Shown piece by piece: positions 1-14,318 of a DNA stretch of 64,000 bases. The DNA comes from Seison nebaliae (Eukaryota). Position 1 is the stretch's first letter. Each line of letters opens with the position of its first letter. Both the position numbers and the translations under genes were made by a program. Where the stretch lies: the NCBI GenBank assembly GCA_023231475.1, contig JALJEE010001441.1:62001-126000 (forward strand), read 5' to 3'. The notes beneath the pieces are model-generated. The model saw only the letters and a list, made by a program, of their open reading frames with translations, searched no databases and was not told the origin of the DNA.

Positions 1-3000
1 ATGGATTAATTTCTATTAATCTCAGATACTTCTTCAAAGTGACATAATATCAGTTACATAAACAACGATATCCTATAAATCGACATAATCAATCGATTTA
101 ACGAATATTTGAAGATTTTAATATAATCAATGAACTTCTAATAAAATTTCATTAATTCGTTTCCTATTACGTCGAATGAGAGACGAATAAATAATGCATT
201 CTCTCTATCGTTATTATTACCACTAAGAAGTTGAGAGGAGTTTATAACGAATTATATGGAACTAGAATTATCAGATATCTCGAATATCGTCACTCATTCA
301 ATCCAATTTACAATTCAGTTTATGTAAGTCGTTTAATAATTGAATATTCGTTCCTCATTCTGTCTCTTCCTTTCGGAATTGAAATGGAAGGGAATTGCTG
401 GTAGGAAGATATATCGGTTAACTTTCCATCCAACCGGGACCATAAATAGGAGAAATGGATGGTATGTTTCTCTCGGAACCTTCTTTATTATTTTTAGTTT
501 GTTGTTCATCAGAACATTGTGTCGAATATTGGAATTATGGGAATAGTATCTCGAATTGATACGGACGACGATGGAAAGAAAGGTATAAAACGTGTTCATC
601 ACAAGAAGTTTCTGTTTCAATTTGAAAGTATTTCGATTCGATCAATCGAACTGAGAGAGAAACTCAACTTTTACTAAAAGTTTTTTGAATAAAACATAAT
701 TTGAGGAAAAATGACGAAAAGAAGACATTCTAATTCTTCGAATTTTCCACCTTTCCAACTAACGAGATATAGGATTAATGTAATATTAATATATTAATTC
801 GATTGCATCCATATCTTCGAATAATGGTCTTAAAAGAAAGAAGGAGAAAACTAAAGGGGAAAAACTCAAATTTCCGAAAGTTACGTTCCATTGAAGATCG
901 ATAATAGTGCTAACAAGAACGATAGGAGAACAACAAGTATTCATCTTTAATTTAAACAAGTTCTTTCAAAAGAATGAGAAACATAAAGGAGAATTGTTCT
1001 CGTCGTCTTTCACTATATCGTCTCCCGAAAATTTTAATTTGGACTAGAAAAATTCTTTTGGCTGAGTCTCTATACGTAGAAGAAATAGAAGAAGAAGACT
1101 TATCAAACGAAAGAGAAACATAAGAGAAAATTGTGGAAGGTGTGAAATGAAAGACGGTCTCCTCTTTGCTAATTAATCGGGTGGCAATAAGTGCATTGTT
1201 CCATTGCACCTGGGATCACGTTCCAGACTTTTGAATGTAAGTAATTCGATTCTCGTTCGACCAATAGAAGGGATGATGGGAAATATTATGCGATAACGAT
1301 GGAAAGCGTATTGTGGAACTGTTGAAAAACATGAATCGAATAGAACATATTAGGAGCAAGAATAATACCAATTTTCCAATTGTCGTTGTCGATAACAACT
1401 AAATGTATTTGGAAGGAACGAGATTAATGATGGCAAGTGTGGAATAAGCAGCGGAATATAATGACATAGATTAAAACAAAAAGAAGAAGTGAAAATAAGA
1501 GGTACAATACAAAAGTGGAGTCAACTACCCGAATTCAACAACATATGCATTAAACACCACCACATTAATAACTGGATACTTACATTAGCATCGGAATAAT
1601 TCCTTTCTATGTACAATAATAATAGTTGCACTTCTCTCAAACTCATCGAGTATTCTTTTTTTGTCAGGTCTAATAATAACAAATTGAAAATGATTTTTTC
1701 AAGATGTCTCGGATGGAACTAAAAAACAAATTGCCCCTAAACTCTTTCTTATTGTTCCATCAACATCTATTTACTTCCATTTCAACAATCCCGAAAAAAA
1801 CATTATTTATGGGAAATAAATAAAACCAAATTTATGAAATTTTAAACAGGTCATGGAAATATGAGAAACTCAAAAATGTGAAGTAGTTAGGAAAATCGAA
1901 ATTTCTTTCTAAATGAATTTAACTTAATCGGAATTCATTTAAGTGAAATTTTTGATTAATGAATTGGAACGCATCATTCGATGAATCTGCTATTTCCTTT
2001 TAAAATATGGAACACAATAAGGAAATATGAAAATGATCGTTTGTGATATCCTCCAACGATTCTCATGAAATGAATAATCGCAATTGAGGATTCCATTAAT
2101 GACAATCATATAGATGAGCTCATACAGATGATATGATAATTATTTATGTTCATTCTCATTAAACAAATTACTTATCTATTTGCCTCTCAATCTATTGAAG
2201 GATTTGTTGAACGGTTTCACTTAATGACGATTTCTGATTTTCTTTCTTTCCTCAATTGAAGAGGAATTCCTTTATTTTTAGATTGAAATCGAAATTATTC
2301 TGTCCAAACTGTTTCTTTTTCTTTCTTTGTGCACGTTTCGTGCACAAGTGATCAAACTGACGATTGATAATGAGATGAAGAACGATAAATGGAAATATTC
2401 ATAACCTTATCGTATTGTTTGATAAAAATCGAAAGGGATGGAAGAAATGAATCATTGTTAGTCCATTAGAATAATGGATTAAATGTAAAATTATCGATTT
2501 CTCATACAATTAAATAGGTGTAAGAAAGGTTGTGAAGAAATCGTATTATGTCAGAATGGAACAATTATAACGAAAGATTACATCTCAATTCATCTATTAC
2601 AACAATTGAATTCATTTGACAAATTAAACATTCACCATTTGGAGGAAAGACGAATAGATTGAGTGTAATCGAATTTTATGAAGGAATTTTTTTTCTTCAA
2701 ATTCGAATTCGATATCATCATTAAATGAATTTTTAAGATTATACATTTATTGTCTTTTCTGATGTTATTGAATGATATGGAAGAGAATTGAAAGGAAGAA
2801 GAAAGACAGTTTGTTTTTTCTTATGCATTCTCCACTGTTCCATGCTATCATTATTTGAAAATGATGCTTAATGACGACGACGATGACGACATAATAAGGC
2901 GAATCATATTTACATTAAAGGCAGCTGCTATATATTCAGTTAATTCATCTTTCAAAAGATTGTTCATAGTTTGTCGATATATCGATTGTCAGAATGTTAC

Positions 3001-6000
3001 AATTCAGTTTTCTTTAAGGATGAAAATATCGAGAATGGAGAAGAATAGAAATTCACTTTGACTCTTTCCTTCATGAAATGGTTTTAGATGAAACTTTATA
3101 TCAAACGAGAGAAAAGAAAACAAGAAAATTTTGGGAATTTCTAACGTGCGAGAGATTCATAATAAGATTTTAATGAAAAAGAAGAGATTGTTGAAAGATC
3201 TAACGATTTCTTTCGAGTCGAACCAGAACACTTCTTTAATCTTCGATTTTCCAATGAAGGTTTTTTACGTCATTTTCAACTAACAACAAACACGGAAAAT
3301 TATAATTAAGATATTTGGAAATAAGTAAATAGTTTCGGAATTCGGAAACATTCAATTTGAAACTTTTTCTTTTTTTCAAATATCCAATATATGTATCGAA
3401 GAAAGAAGGGAATTATTATGAATATTCATTCTTTGTTCTTTAACATAAGTTTATAAGAACAAGAAAGGAGAAGGTGAAAAATAATAGGAAAAATTAATGA
3501 CAAAGTTCTCCTGACTGGTAATGTTGGCAATGAGAAATGAAACTAACTGAGTTCCATTTGAAGTTGCCCATTTCACTGAAACAAGTGGAACGGATCTTTC
3601 ATTCTTCTAACAAAGAACTCACGTTTATTCTTTTCAACAATCGCTAAATACACACATAGTCTCAGCTAAAATAAAATTTTGAACAATATTCCTCTTTCGA
3701 TAACTATTGCGTGAGTCAGCTCTAACAAAAAAGGAGAATCGAGTACGAGCAGGTAAGTAAGAATAATTTCAATCAATTCAATTGTAGAATAAAGCGAAGA
3801 ATGAGTTATATTTCAATTGAACGTATTCAATCATCAGAAAATAATGAAAAGTTGGTTGACGAAAATGGTGGAAACGTGTGCACATTAACGCTACAATGAT
3901 TCCTTTAGTAATTTCGATCTCTCTCATTATATAATGTTGTTATTTCATTGATAGTGGTTCATGAAAACTTGTCGTGCTTAAAAGCTTGAGAAGGAAAGAT
4001 TTGGGAACAAGAACACAAATAATACACCCGCATACATTCATTACTGCACACTGGTTGTAAAGGGGGACCTGATTGGAGAAAGAATAAGAACAATCGTATG
4101 AAACCGTCAAATTCGTCTGCATTTGTATTGATTGTGAAGTAATAGGAAGGAAAAGGTTTATTCCGATAGAATATCGGCGAATTGGTAATAAGAGAGAAAT
4201 AAAGAAAAAAACATGAACAATAGTCAATTGCTTAACTCTACTTTATTGGCATTGTTATTATTGTCGTATTTGTTGTTATTATTGTGCACATGTCGGAGGG
4301 TAATCGACTTGACTGTGAGACCTTCCTCAAACAATGAAGAACGATTTATTTAACTAAACAGGTAGTCGAATCGATTAATTTCATTTACATTTTCAACTCA
4401 AATACTTCACTTTGTTTAAGAAACTTCTTTCAAAAATTCTTCTTCCCTCCCTAACTGCTTGCTTTCCATTTCATGGAAATTATAAACAGAAAATCTAATT
4501 TCAAATTCATAATAATTACGTTTTAATGAGAACGTTTGAGAACAAAATTAAAATAAATTTAAAAATTGTTAATCGAATTTAGTGATAAGAAATTCTATCC
4601 GGTTTGTTATTGTTGTGAATGAGAAGAGGATATTAAACCGATAATCGATGTGAAACAATATCAGAACATTATTGACAGATGAATTCTATGTTCAACAATT
4701 ACGTGAACTCTCATCAACAATTGGAATGAACAATGTACATCTAATGCTCAATCTAACAAGTTCTATCAACATTTTATGTATTCTTCGATGGTTCGAGACT
4801 TATTTGTGTGAATTAGAAAGAAACATTGGGAAAATGCCAATATATGCTCCTCTTGTCTCTCACTGTCTCTCACCAGATGTTTATTATCTCACTTATTTGG
4901 TGGTGTCACTACTACGACTGAAGTCATCTGAATCTCTTGTACACTTCATTCCTCCTCCCGTTAGGTAACTGCACATTCAGTAAATACGTATTTATTTATA
5001 ATTAAAACGTAGATGAATAACAATCAAAAATATCGTTGTTGATTATTCCATTTATTAAACGAAATTTCTTTTAAAATCTTAATCAAATACATATAACCTC
5101 TCAACCTCTCAAAAATCGATTGTTACACAACATTACTTCTCAACTGACAACGTTACATGAGTTTGAAAGTTTTTTCTTCATAAATTTTTCCTAAATGATT
5201 CTTCACATTTCAATTCTATCACAAATTTATCGATTGCATTGAAAAAATATATTTTTTCGAAAATTAATTTTAGAGATCAAACTACAATCGGAAACCAATA
5301 TTCAAATTTAAATTTCTAGAAAACAGATAATGTCGATAAATGGAAGTATATTTACGTAATGAAATTGGAACTTGAAAGAAAAGTGAGGGAGGGTAAGAAA
5401 AACGGAATTTAAAAATTTATTTAGCAAACTGTCAATGTGGGAAGTCGAAGAATAAAAGAATTTGAGAAAATGATTTAAGAAGGAACGAAAATGAACAATT
5501 CCAGGTTGTATGTTTGGAAGAAATGGTAGAAGAAGAAAAACAAAGTTAATCGACAAACAAGTCATACACGTATTCTTAATGGATCTCCATTAATGGTACT
5601 TTTAAGAGTAAGCTAAATTCAAATCCAAATGACAATTTACCATTATTCATTAATTCACATTTGCTCATATACTAAAATCGTCATGATATCTACTTTCGAT
5701 AACATGTTCTTTTTGAAGAAAAGTTAATTCTCGTTTTTTGTTTATTCTCACTTCCATCTCACATATAGAGTTGGGGAGAGTGCATACGTTACGCAGTCTT
5801 TTTCACAAATGACATATTGTGAAAATTTGAAATAATTAGGAACGAATTTCTTGTCCGAAATTTCCTTTCTAAAATTTTTGGCGAATGCAAATCCCGAAAA
5901 CATAAATAAACAGTAATTGTTAGTTGTTTCGGGGGTGGGAGATCTGTTTCTTCGAATGATCGCGGAAGATAGATATCGTAATAAAGGAAGATGTGACTTC

Positions 6001-6945
6001 ATTTTAATTCCATTCAGTGCAATGAATAAACAGAATTGAACATCATAATAAATGCAGGAAAATAAATTATGCTTCTTTCATTCGATCAGATACAATTGAT
6101 TTCATTCCTAAACAATGAGCATTCAGTCACAATTGTTTATGGTTGGGAGCGACAAAGAATATCTAATTTAATTGGTGTCTTCATATGTATATTACTCTAT
6201 CTGGCAATCGAACTCCAATAATAATTTTACATCAGATTACGCAAATAATTTTCTTTCCTGTTCTTCTTCTTCTCAACATCCGCCTTCCTAACAATTGGAC
6301 GACTAGTCGCCGAGAATGAACTTAGAATTAGTTGGAACCCTCGAATTTGAAATTTCCATTTTTTCTCAGATAATTCTCGTCTAATGCCATTCAGCCTCGG
6401 CAGAGATTAGTAAGATTAACGTTATTGTTGTTATGCGACAATTGTGACTATGAGGTGAATGGAGACTTCTTTAAAAGGAGTCGAATAGGAAACGTAACGA
6501 AAAGAAACTGGAACTTAATATCTATTTAAATCGATTGTATAAAATATTGATTGTCATTTCAACATTTGATTGTTGTTGTTTGGTTGACAGGAATTGAAGG
6601 GAAAACAAAAGAATCGACTATTTCTCTTTAATTGTTCTCTCATATTATGTGAGATAAATTTGAATCGGACTTGAAGAAACAAAAACCTCGAAGAGTCGGA
6701 AAGACAAAGAAATTATTGAAAGAAAGAAAGAAAAAAGGAAGAAGTGAAGACAATGGTAGGAGAATAAAATGATGTCATTGAATATAATCGTGCTGTCGAT
6801 GATTAAACTTGTCGTTCTCCATAGATATGTCTGAGCAATATAATTTGACAATTATACTTTTTATTATTTGAAAATCGGACGTCGTCAATTGTTCTGGTAG
6901 GAGAGGATAATTCTTCCGACAATTACTTCTCGTAACAGAAAGATG

Positions 6946-6977
6946 TATGGATAGACAGATAGATAGATAGGTAGGTA
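6946..6977. repeat. (GATA/GGTA)n tetranucleotide microsatellite
   Basis: tatggatagacagatagatagataggtaggta. Confidence 0.7.
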
Positions 6978-9900
6978 AGCAGTTTGTCATTAATTTTCAA
7001 GAATGACATAACAATAATAAATTTCTAAGACGAGTAAGACCCAGAACAATAATAAGTGCAGATGAACTGTAATTTTCCTCCCCAACTATCAGAAAAGAAC
7101 GAACAATTTTTTCATGATTATAGTTCTTTCTCCTTCTTCTTCTTCTTAGTGAGACCAATGAAATTATTATATAAGGCTATTACATAACAACTGAAGATAT
7201 AGTAATAAATTGGGTTGATATATTGATGAGAACAATGAAAAGAAATTTAAAAGAAGAAGAAAGATGAAATAATATCGAATAATAAGTGAAGAATAGAAGA
7301 AGATAAAAATTGAAGACATTGTGCATTGTCTTCGGGCGCAATGGAACAGGTTTATCGCAGCAGGCACTCATTCAATCGTTTTCATTCTCATCATCGTTAT
7401 TTTTTGTTTTCTACGCAGCGGAAAGAAGTATCTCGGATGAATAGAATCAATGTTCGCATTTTCGCACACAACAATACAAAGTAGAAATAAAGGAAAATGA
7501 CGAAAAGAAGAATAAGAAAGCGTATGAAATTAGAATATTTCTTACCTTGTGTCATCTCAACACCTCGAACGAATTTCATAAGCTAATGATAGAATGTCGT
7601 CTCATCGGGAATAGAAGATATACTGATTGAGAAGTCATCTTCAGTTCGTTTTTTCAAACAAACCTAATCTGTTAAAAAAAATGGGTTGGTTTCACTTTTC
7701 ACTTATATTCTTTGAAATACTAACTCATTCATCGTCTAATCTTCTTCATTATTTAATTTGACTCCCATCCACGACTCCAGTTTAACAACCGTTCTATTAT
7801 TTGCGCAAATTGAATAGATTACCTGAGAAAAATTCAAATTAACAATTCACAACATTATTGTTATTTGTTATATTTCTTCCATTATTTCATAAATAGGAAA
7901 GAAAGACAATTTTTGGAATTTGCACGGTTTATGCACAAGTCGTGCACATGACGAAATCGAATATCGACTCTCGGATTTTGAGAGATTTCATTAACATCGA
8001 TCAATTTGACAATCAAATTTTTAAATTACTTTCCGCAAAAATCCTAATTGACAATTGAGGACAATCGGAGCAAATCTTGAAACTAATTGAAAATACATTT
8101 TTTCACTGATAAGATTTCGTAGTAAAACGGAGAAAGATATGTAGATGATATTACGGAGTTAGATCTTCTGATTTTAGTAGCGAATTGAGAAATGAGGAGA
8201 ATAAAAGAATAATGATGATCTGAAGAATGAGATGAATAATATTGTGTAGTCAATTGCTGAAAATGGAATAGAATTTATTCTTGCATTCTAATTACACAAT
8301 TCGTAGTAATAAAAGATTTTATTCGTAATATATCCATAATTGTGATGTTTGTTGAATTGTTCTCTTATTGTTTATTAGTAATCGTAAATCTTGATCAGAA
8401 TGAATGAAGAAAAGAAAGGAAAACTGATCATTATTCGCTTTCTTATCGTCATGCAGCTGGCAATGAATAACATAACAACGATAACGACAAAGACAATTGC
8501 ACGAAATCAGATAAACAGAGATGAGGAAATAGGAATAATGTATATTATCAACATACACCTGTTCTTATTATTACTCTATGAACAATTCGACATGATTTCT
8601 GTGGAATGAGTCACGTTTGATTTTTTCCCTCCAATTTTTTGGATGCACTCCTTCCCGCTCAAATAATTGATACATGCCCATAAACATTATCCTCTTTACT
8701 CTTTCAGGCACTTCACCATTGTTTCCCGTGCGCCTATTCTTCCTTTTTCCCATCTTCCATTCTTCTGTCTCTTATTTATCATCTCAACCAAATTCTCCTA
8801 TACCCATACAATTCCTCAACTATCATCCACATCATAATCTTATTCTCAACATGAATAACTTAAACATTTTAAACATAAATTATCGTCATTGAATCGTTTA
8901 GGTTCCCGTTTCGTAATTGCATGCAATTCCCCCTCCAATGACAATAGGAACCACATCGACAACTAACAATCGGAACGATAATGGAGGTACGATAACATGA
9001 CCTCGTAGGAGAAATTTGTTGAGAAAAGAAAATTTTTAAGGAAATTCATAAAAATTTTTTATAAAACAAAAATTATGGATCCAATATTAATTGGTTAGAT
9101 TATCGTTTCTCAGATAGATATGGTTTGGGAAGCATATCCAAATTTGAAAAGATTCTTCCAAATTCTTTCACGATCCTCTTCACTAGACATAACTGCAAAT
9201 TATGAACTATGGGATATTAGTAATGACAAGCGGCCGACTGTGACAATGATCATAGAGCCGCTTTATTCTTTTAAGATTATTTTAATTAATGTGTTCGACT
9301 GTTCGACAAATAATCTGTGATATCTTCCAACGGAGAAGAATGCACATACAGGTATGATGATGTACACACGTGTCCGCTCCACTCTTCCTCCGGACTTCAT
9401 CTGTCAAACATAGACAAGACAAAAGAAGCTTGACAGATTAACTTGTTAGTCGATCACAAACTGCTTCTTATCATCATTCACCTTTCTTTCTTCCTCCCAA
9501 TATTCATAAAATAGCTACACAATAACAATTTCCTATAATCACTCTTCTCATTACATCAGTAACCGAACCTAAAAAAATATTTCTGCCAGCAATTTCTTTT
9601 GTGTACTAAAGACTGTGCATTTTCATCGAACAAATTTAACTGACTTATTTTTTGAAGAAATATAGAAAAGGAATATAATATTATTTTTTTATTCTTCTTC
9701 TAATAATTAACAGTATTGTTTTCTTAGTTCTTTAAAAGAAGTTGAACATAAAGTTTGGATGTAATTTTAATTTCATCATCGATAATAATTTTTATTTTCA
9801 AAGAAAACGAACCGACGAAGAATGTATGAGAAAATTTTAAAAAGATGAAAAATAAAAGAGAACCAATGACTAATTGTGGTGCGAGAAGATTATTGGGCAG

Positions 9901-11119
9901 ATGTCGGAAAAACTTGGAAAAAGTATTGGAACTATTGTTCCGTTCACGTAAACGAGAATTATAATTGTAATAATTACTATGATAGTAGTGGGAGAGATGA
10001 ATCGCATCATACTAATTTTGCATTGCATTCTATTAGAACGATTCTAATCCAAAATTGGAATGAAGCACTTGCCATTCGATGGGGTAGAAAGAAAACAATA
10101 AACTACAAATATTTGAATATCGTTAGTAGTCGAAAAAAGAAGAAGTTAAAGAATTGATCTTTCTGATAATTTATTTATCGTTATCTATTGATAGAGACGC
10201 GGTAGAACCATTATCATCACACGATTCTAAGAATTCATTAATACACGATCAGTCGGGTGAAGAAATGTAATTTATAATTCTAGAAAACGGAAGATGGAAA
10301 CAGGAATGTATATCTGAATGATGATCTTCCATGGCATCTTTCGATTGAACTAAACTGATTATTAAGGTAGGGGAGGAAGATTGAAGATGAAGAAGTAGAT
10401 CGACCTTTAATATCAGCACTATTGATAGCGAAGAGGAGAATTGAAACTATCTACATATAATAACAAAAAAATTGGAGAATAATATTTTCCTTCTGCATAG
10501 AAATACGTGAAGTGTATTTAGCGCACTGTTCCTGACAGGTTGAGCCGAACTTACTTGTTGTATTTAGTACTTGTCTCTCACACTACATTAATCACTTTGA
10601 CGGTACTTTTCATTCTTCTGATCTATCATGCTTATATTAAGAACATCAACTGACTGTTTACAAATAATGTAGGAGGTGGATGAGATACAATGTTATTTTC
10701 CATCATCATCATCAGAACTGGAATAAACAAGACTATCAGATATTATTATCAACGAAAAATTGTTGAATCGAAGAAAAGAACAAACTTCTCATTTCTCTAT
10801 TCTCTCATCATTCTTCATCCTTTTCCCACTTTGTAAACGTTTCTCATCTCTTCCGTCCTCTCTCCAAATATGACTAATACCGATTAATGATGCATGCTTT
10901 TACCCTTATCGTCATTTATGGAATGAATGATGGATGTTCTCACTCTTCATTCCAATTAGACATTTATTCCATACTACTACCAGATTCTAATGATGAGATT
11001 TAGTAGAAATTCCGCTCCCATCGATGACAGGTGATGAAAATTACCTTTATCTTCCACTTCATTATTCAAAAATGATTCTTCATTTTTATTTTCTAATAAA
11101 ATTCTCCTCACTTCATTCA

Positions 11120-11899
11120 TCATTCATTCCCAATATCTCTTCCATTCATTTCGTTATTCTCTTTATTGTCTTTTGGAAGTGGCATATCGTCAGTAATCTT
11201 CAATTGTCCGATAAAACGTAAACTATTTCTCAGTTTCTCTTCCACATCCTTCTTTGGCATCTCGCGTAACTCCTTATGATACTTGCCCAAATTCTTCACG
11301 TCAATATCAGAGATGGCAACTTGGAACAATTGCTGATTCATATTCTCCATCTCTTCCATCATTCTCATCATTTGTGGTGCCGAATTCAATGAGAGACTAA
11401 TATAATGCTTCCAAAAATCAGTTAACGAATGATAACCCAGCTTGCCCAATAAGTCAACACAATACAAAATTTGCTTCATCAAAAAATTCCTCAGTTGATA
11501 ACGCTCTTTAATTTCGGGTTCAACGTTCTGATTCGTCCGATAATCGAATGCACTTCGTGATAATTTCTTTAACAATGCATCCGATTCATAGTTCTTCTCT
11601 CGAACCAAAAACATCAAATAAGCTAAATCAGAATCGTTGAATTCTTTATCTTTCTCTTCAGGGAACTTTCATATGAGAATACAGCAAAAATTTTCATCAA
11701 ATTTATTAACTTTTCGATCAATTTCAGAAACTAGTTGTTTTAAAATAGACGGTTCGTTCAGTAAGTTTGTGTTCTTTTTCGGTATTGATTGTACGGCAGA
11801 ACGCTGGTAAGATTTCGTACTAAAATTCATCTTCTTGGAATCAATATTTAAACTCTCTGATTTGACACATTTACGTCTATTAATGTCCTTCGTTTTCAT
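11120..11899 (-). CDS. Two-exon hypothetical protein (~245 aa)
   Basis: ATG at 11899. A 45-nt intron at 11710-11666 (GTTAAT...GAAAG) joins ORF 11669..11929 (…SEIDRK) in frame to FPEEKDKEF… and ORF 11120..11617. No family recognised. Confidence 0.6.
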
Positions 11900-12807
11900 A
11901 TTGTGCACAAAACTAATTGAACTAAACAAACAAATTTTAGGAATAACTAATTCAACTCAATAATAATTCAATTCCAAATTCAATCTATAAACTCATACTA
12001 ATTTAAACAGAAAATATATTTTTTAAATTAATTATATCTTTTTTCAATCAGATTTTAGTTTTATGTTCAACAATTCCATATTTTTTCTTATTTCAAAATT
12101 ACTGCAATAATTCATGTCAACCTCATATTTCCCAATTTATAAGATATCATGAAATCATTCTTCAAATTTTTAATTTATCATCGTTAAAATATTATCGAAC
12201 AAAAATCTTGTTTAGTTCTATCGAAGTATGTTACTTGTCCTGTTACTAGTATGATAAAAGATAGAATTCTACGAATATATTTGGAATATATTTCTATAAT
12301 TCTATAATAAATAATTGGATTTTCAGTTATGTAGGGAAGAGAAGTTAGAAGAACTGAAACTAACTCATAGTTCCGTGGAAGATAATCCAACAAATTTTCA
12401 ATAATTAATTTTTTAAAGCTCTAACTTGTTGATAATAAAAAAATTTTTAATTTAACTAATATCAAGTAAAGTACCATCTATACAAATAATCTATACAAAC
12501 GTTTTGCATGCTAAAAAGTGAATATATAAGAGAATATTAATCAATATTACTGAGAATATTATATTATATTATAAGAGAATCAAAATGTCCTTTTGAATTC
12601 AGTAGTAAAATGATTTACTAGATGAATTAAATTTACCTAAATTTATACATTATATATATATATTATCCCATTACTAAATCATGCAAATCATAAAATTTGC
12701 TTTGATTGAATAAAAAACAATCGAACCTTTTTCCGACAAAATTCTTTTTTATCATTCAAACTTATCATTCTCAATTGAAACAAATTTTTTTCTATTGTCT
12801 CCAATAA

Positions 12808-13893
12808 ATGGACACTCACAATATATCTTGTGAGAATGTTAGTTCGGTGACAAATGTAAATGGAACTAAAATAATAACGAATTTGAAACGCACATCGGTT
12901 GCCATCAGTTGTCTCAGTATTATAGTCCTACTGTTCTCCTTTTACTATCATGCGAAAAAATTTCTCGCATACCGAAGTCGATTAGAAGAAGCCGGAAACA
13001 ATTTGATATATTATGTTTCTCTGATTTACTTGGAATTATTGATAATTTATCGAAATGTTTTCGGCATTTTAAGTTTATCAGCAACGATTGGTTGGCAAAT
13101 TACATTATTACACGAATATCATAGTTCCATCGCTTGTAAATATTTCCTTTATCAAATGGGTATAGGTGTCGGTACATATTTTATTGTACAAGTTACCATA
13201 AACATAACAATTATTCGAACATGTCGGAAGTTTAAGAAATTTGGAGATACACCAGATGCCAATAATAATATGAAACCAAAATGTTTCCCGTTTTTTCGAA
13301 TTGTGAAATTAATTAAAGGTTCAAACGCAACTTATTTCCATAATATTATCGCTATCTACATTACTCAAATAATTGTTGTAAGTTTGGCAAATGTAATTGC
13401 AGCAATTGACGTCTTCAGACGAGATTCGTACTTGTGTTTCAAACAAAAACCAAATAATTCAGGTGAAGAAAAGTATTTTGAATCTGTTAAGATTCTTGTG
13501 ATTTCTTTCACTTTCTTTGTTTTATTTGCTACGATCATCGCACTATTGGAAGTCAGACAAAATTCGAAAAGTTTAATTGACCAAACTGCGCAACATAAAT
13601 GGATTTACGGTCAACTGCTGGCTAATCGATACTCCCAAATTGTATTTTCCTCATTATTAAACATTGTAGGTGCTCCGTTATTCTTTCTGATTTGGAAACT
13701 GAAGAAGCAAATCGAAGATGGAAATAATATGGCGATTCATTTTCTTTTCGTGTTTACCGTTTCGATAAGAGGCATATCCTTCATATTGGAATTCATTTTC
13801 TTCAAATTTTTCAACAAATCATTCACCGATCCGACAGCTCAACCACCAACATCACCAATTAATGAACATAAAACGGTAACTTTTATTATTTAG
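12808..13893 (+). CDS. Intronless orphan 7TM/GPCR-like protein, paralogue 1
   Basis: 361-aa ORF with N-terminal NxS/T sites and about 7 hydrophobic segments. Shares motifs IYRN, CKY, INITII, DVFRRDSYLC, EKYFES, RYSQ with the neighbouring paralogues. Confidence 0.8.
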   Translation: MDTHNISCENVSSVTNVNGTKIITNLKRTSVAISCLSIIVLLFSFYYHAKKFLAYRSRLEEAGNNLIYYVSLIYLELLIIYRNVFGILSLSATIGWQITLLHEYHSSIACKYFLYQMGIGVGTYFIVQVTINITIIRTCRKFKKFGDTPDANNNMKPKCFPFFRIVKLIKGSNATYFHNIIAIYITQIIVVSLANVIAAIDVFRRDSYLCFKQKPNNSGEEKYFESVKILVISFTFFVLFATIIALLEVRQNSKSLIDQTAQHKWIYGQLLANRYSQIVFSSLLNIVGAPLFFLIWKLKKQIEDGNNMAIHFLFVFTVSIRGISFILEFIFFKFFNKSFTDPTAQPPTSPINEHKTVTFII

Positions 13894-14318
13894 TAATATT
13901 ACTAATATATTTTTATGTTATTAATTAAAAACTATTAATTATTTATTCAATTATTTCGTTAACAACTGTTTGAACATATCTAAAAAGATCATATTAAAAA
14001 ACCGATAAAACAATCTAAACCTGAATATCAAATTTCCTTATGGTCTACTGATTTGGAACCATTTAATTAATATAGGTAATGGAATTATCAGTGAAATAAT
14101 TGGTAATTGATTAGTCTTCCACATCTTTATCAGACTTACTTAGTAATAAGTAATATAATGTTAGTAATATTACATGATGCACCTAAATATGACTGTGATT
14201 GCGTCATATTTCGTAAGGAAAATGAGATATTTCTTAATCGGGGAAATTGAATTAAATTATCGAACGGCGAAGTATGTAAAAATATTTCATAAAATTTATC
14301 TAAAAAATTTAGATTGAA

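Noticed and set aside
333..1398. Short ORFs, including the same-frame pair 1216..1398 and 952..1209 (-) separated by one TGA
   Set aside because: No recognisable protein motif or consistent splice model; not enough to claim readthrough, selenocysteine or a pseudogene.
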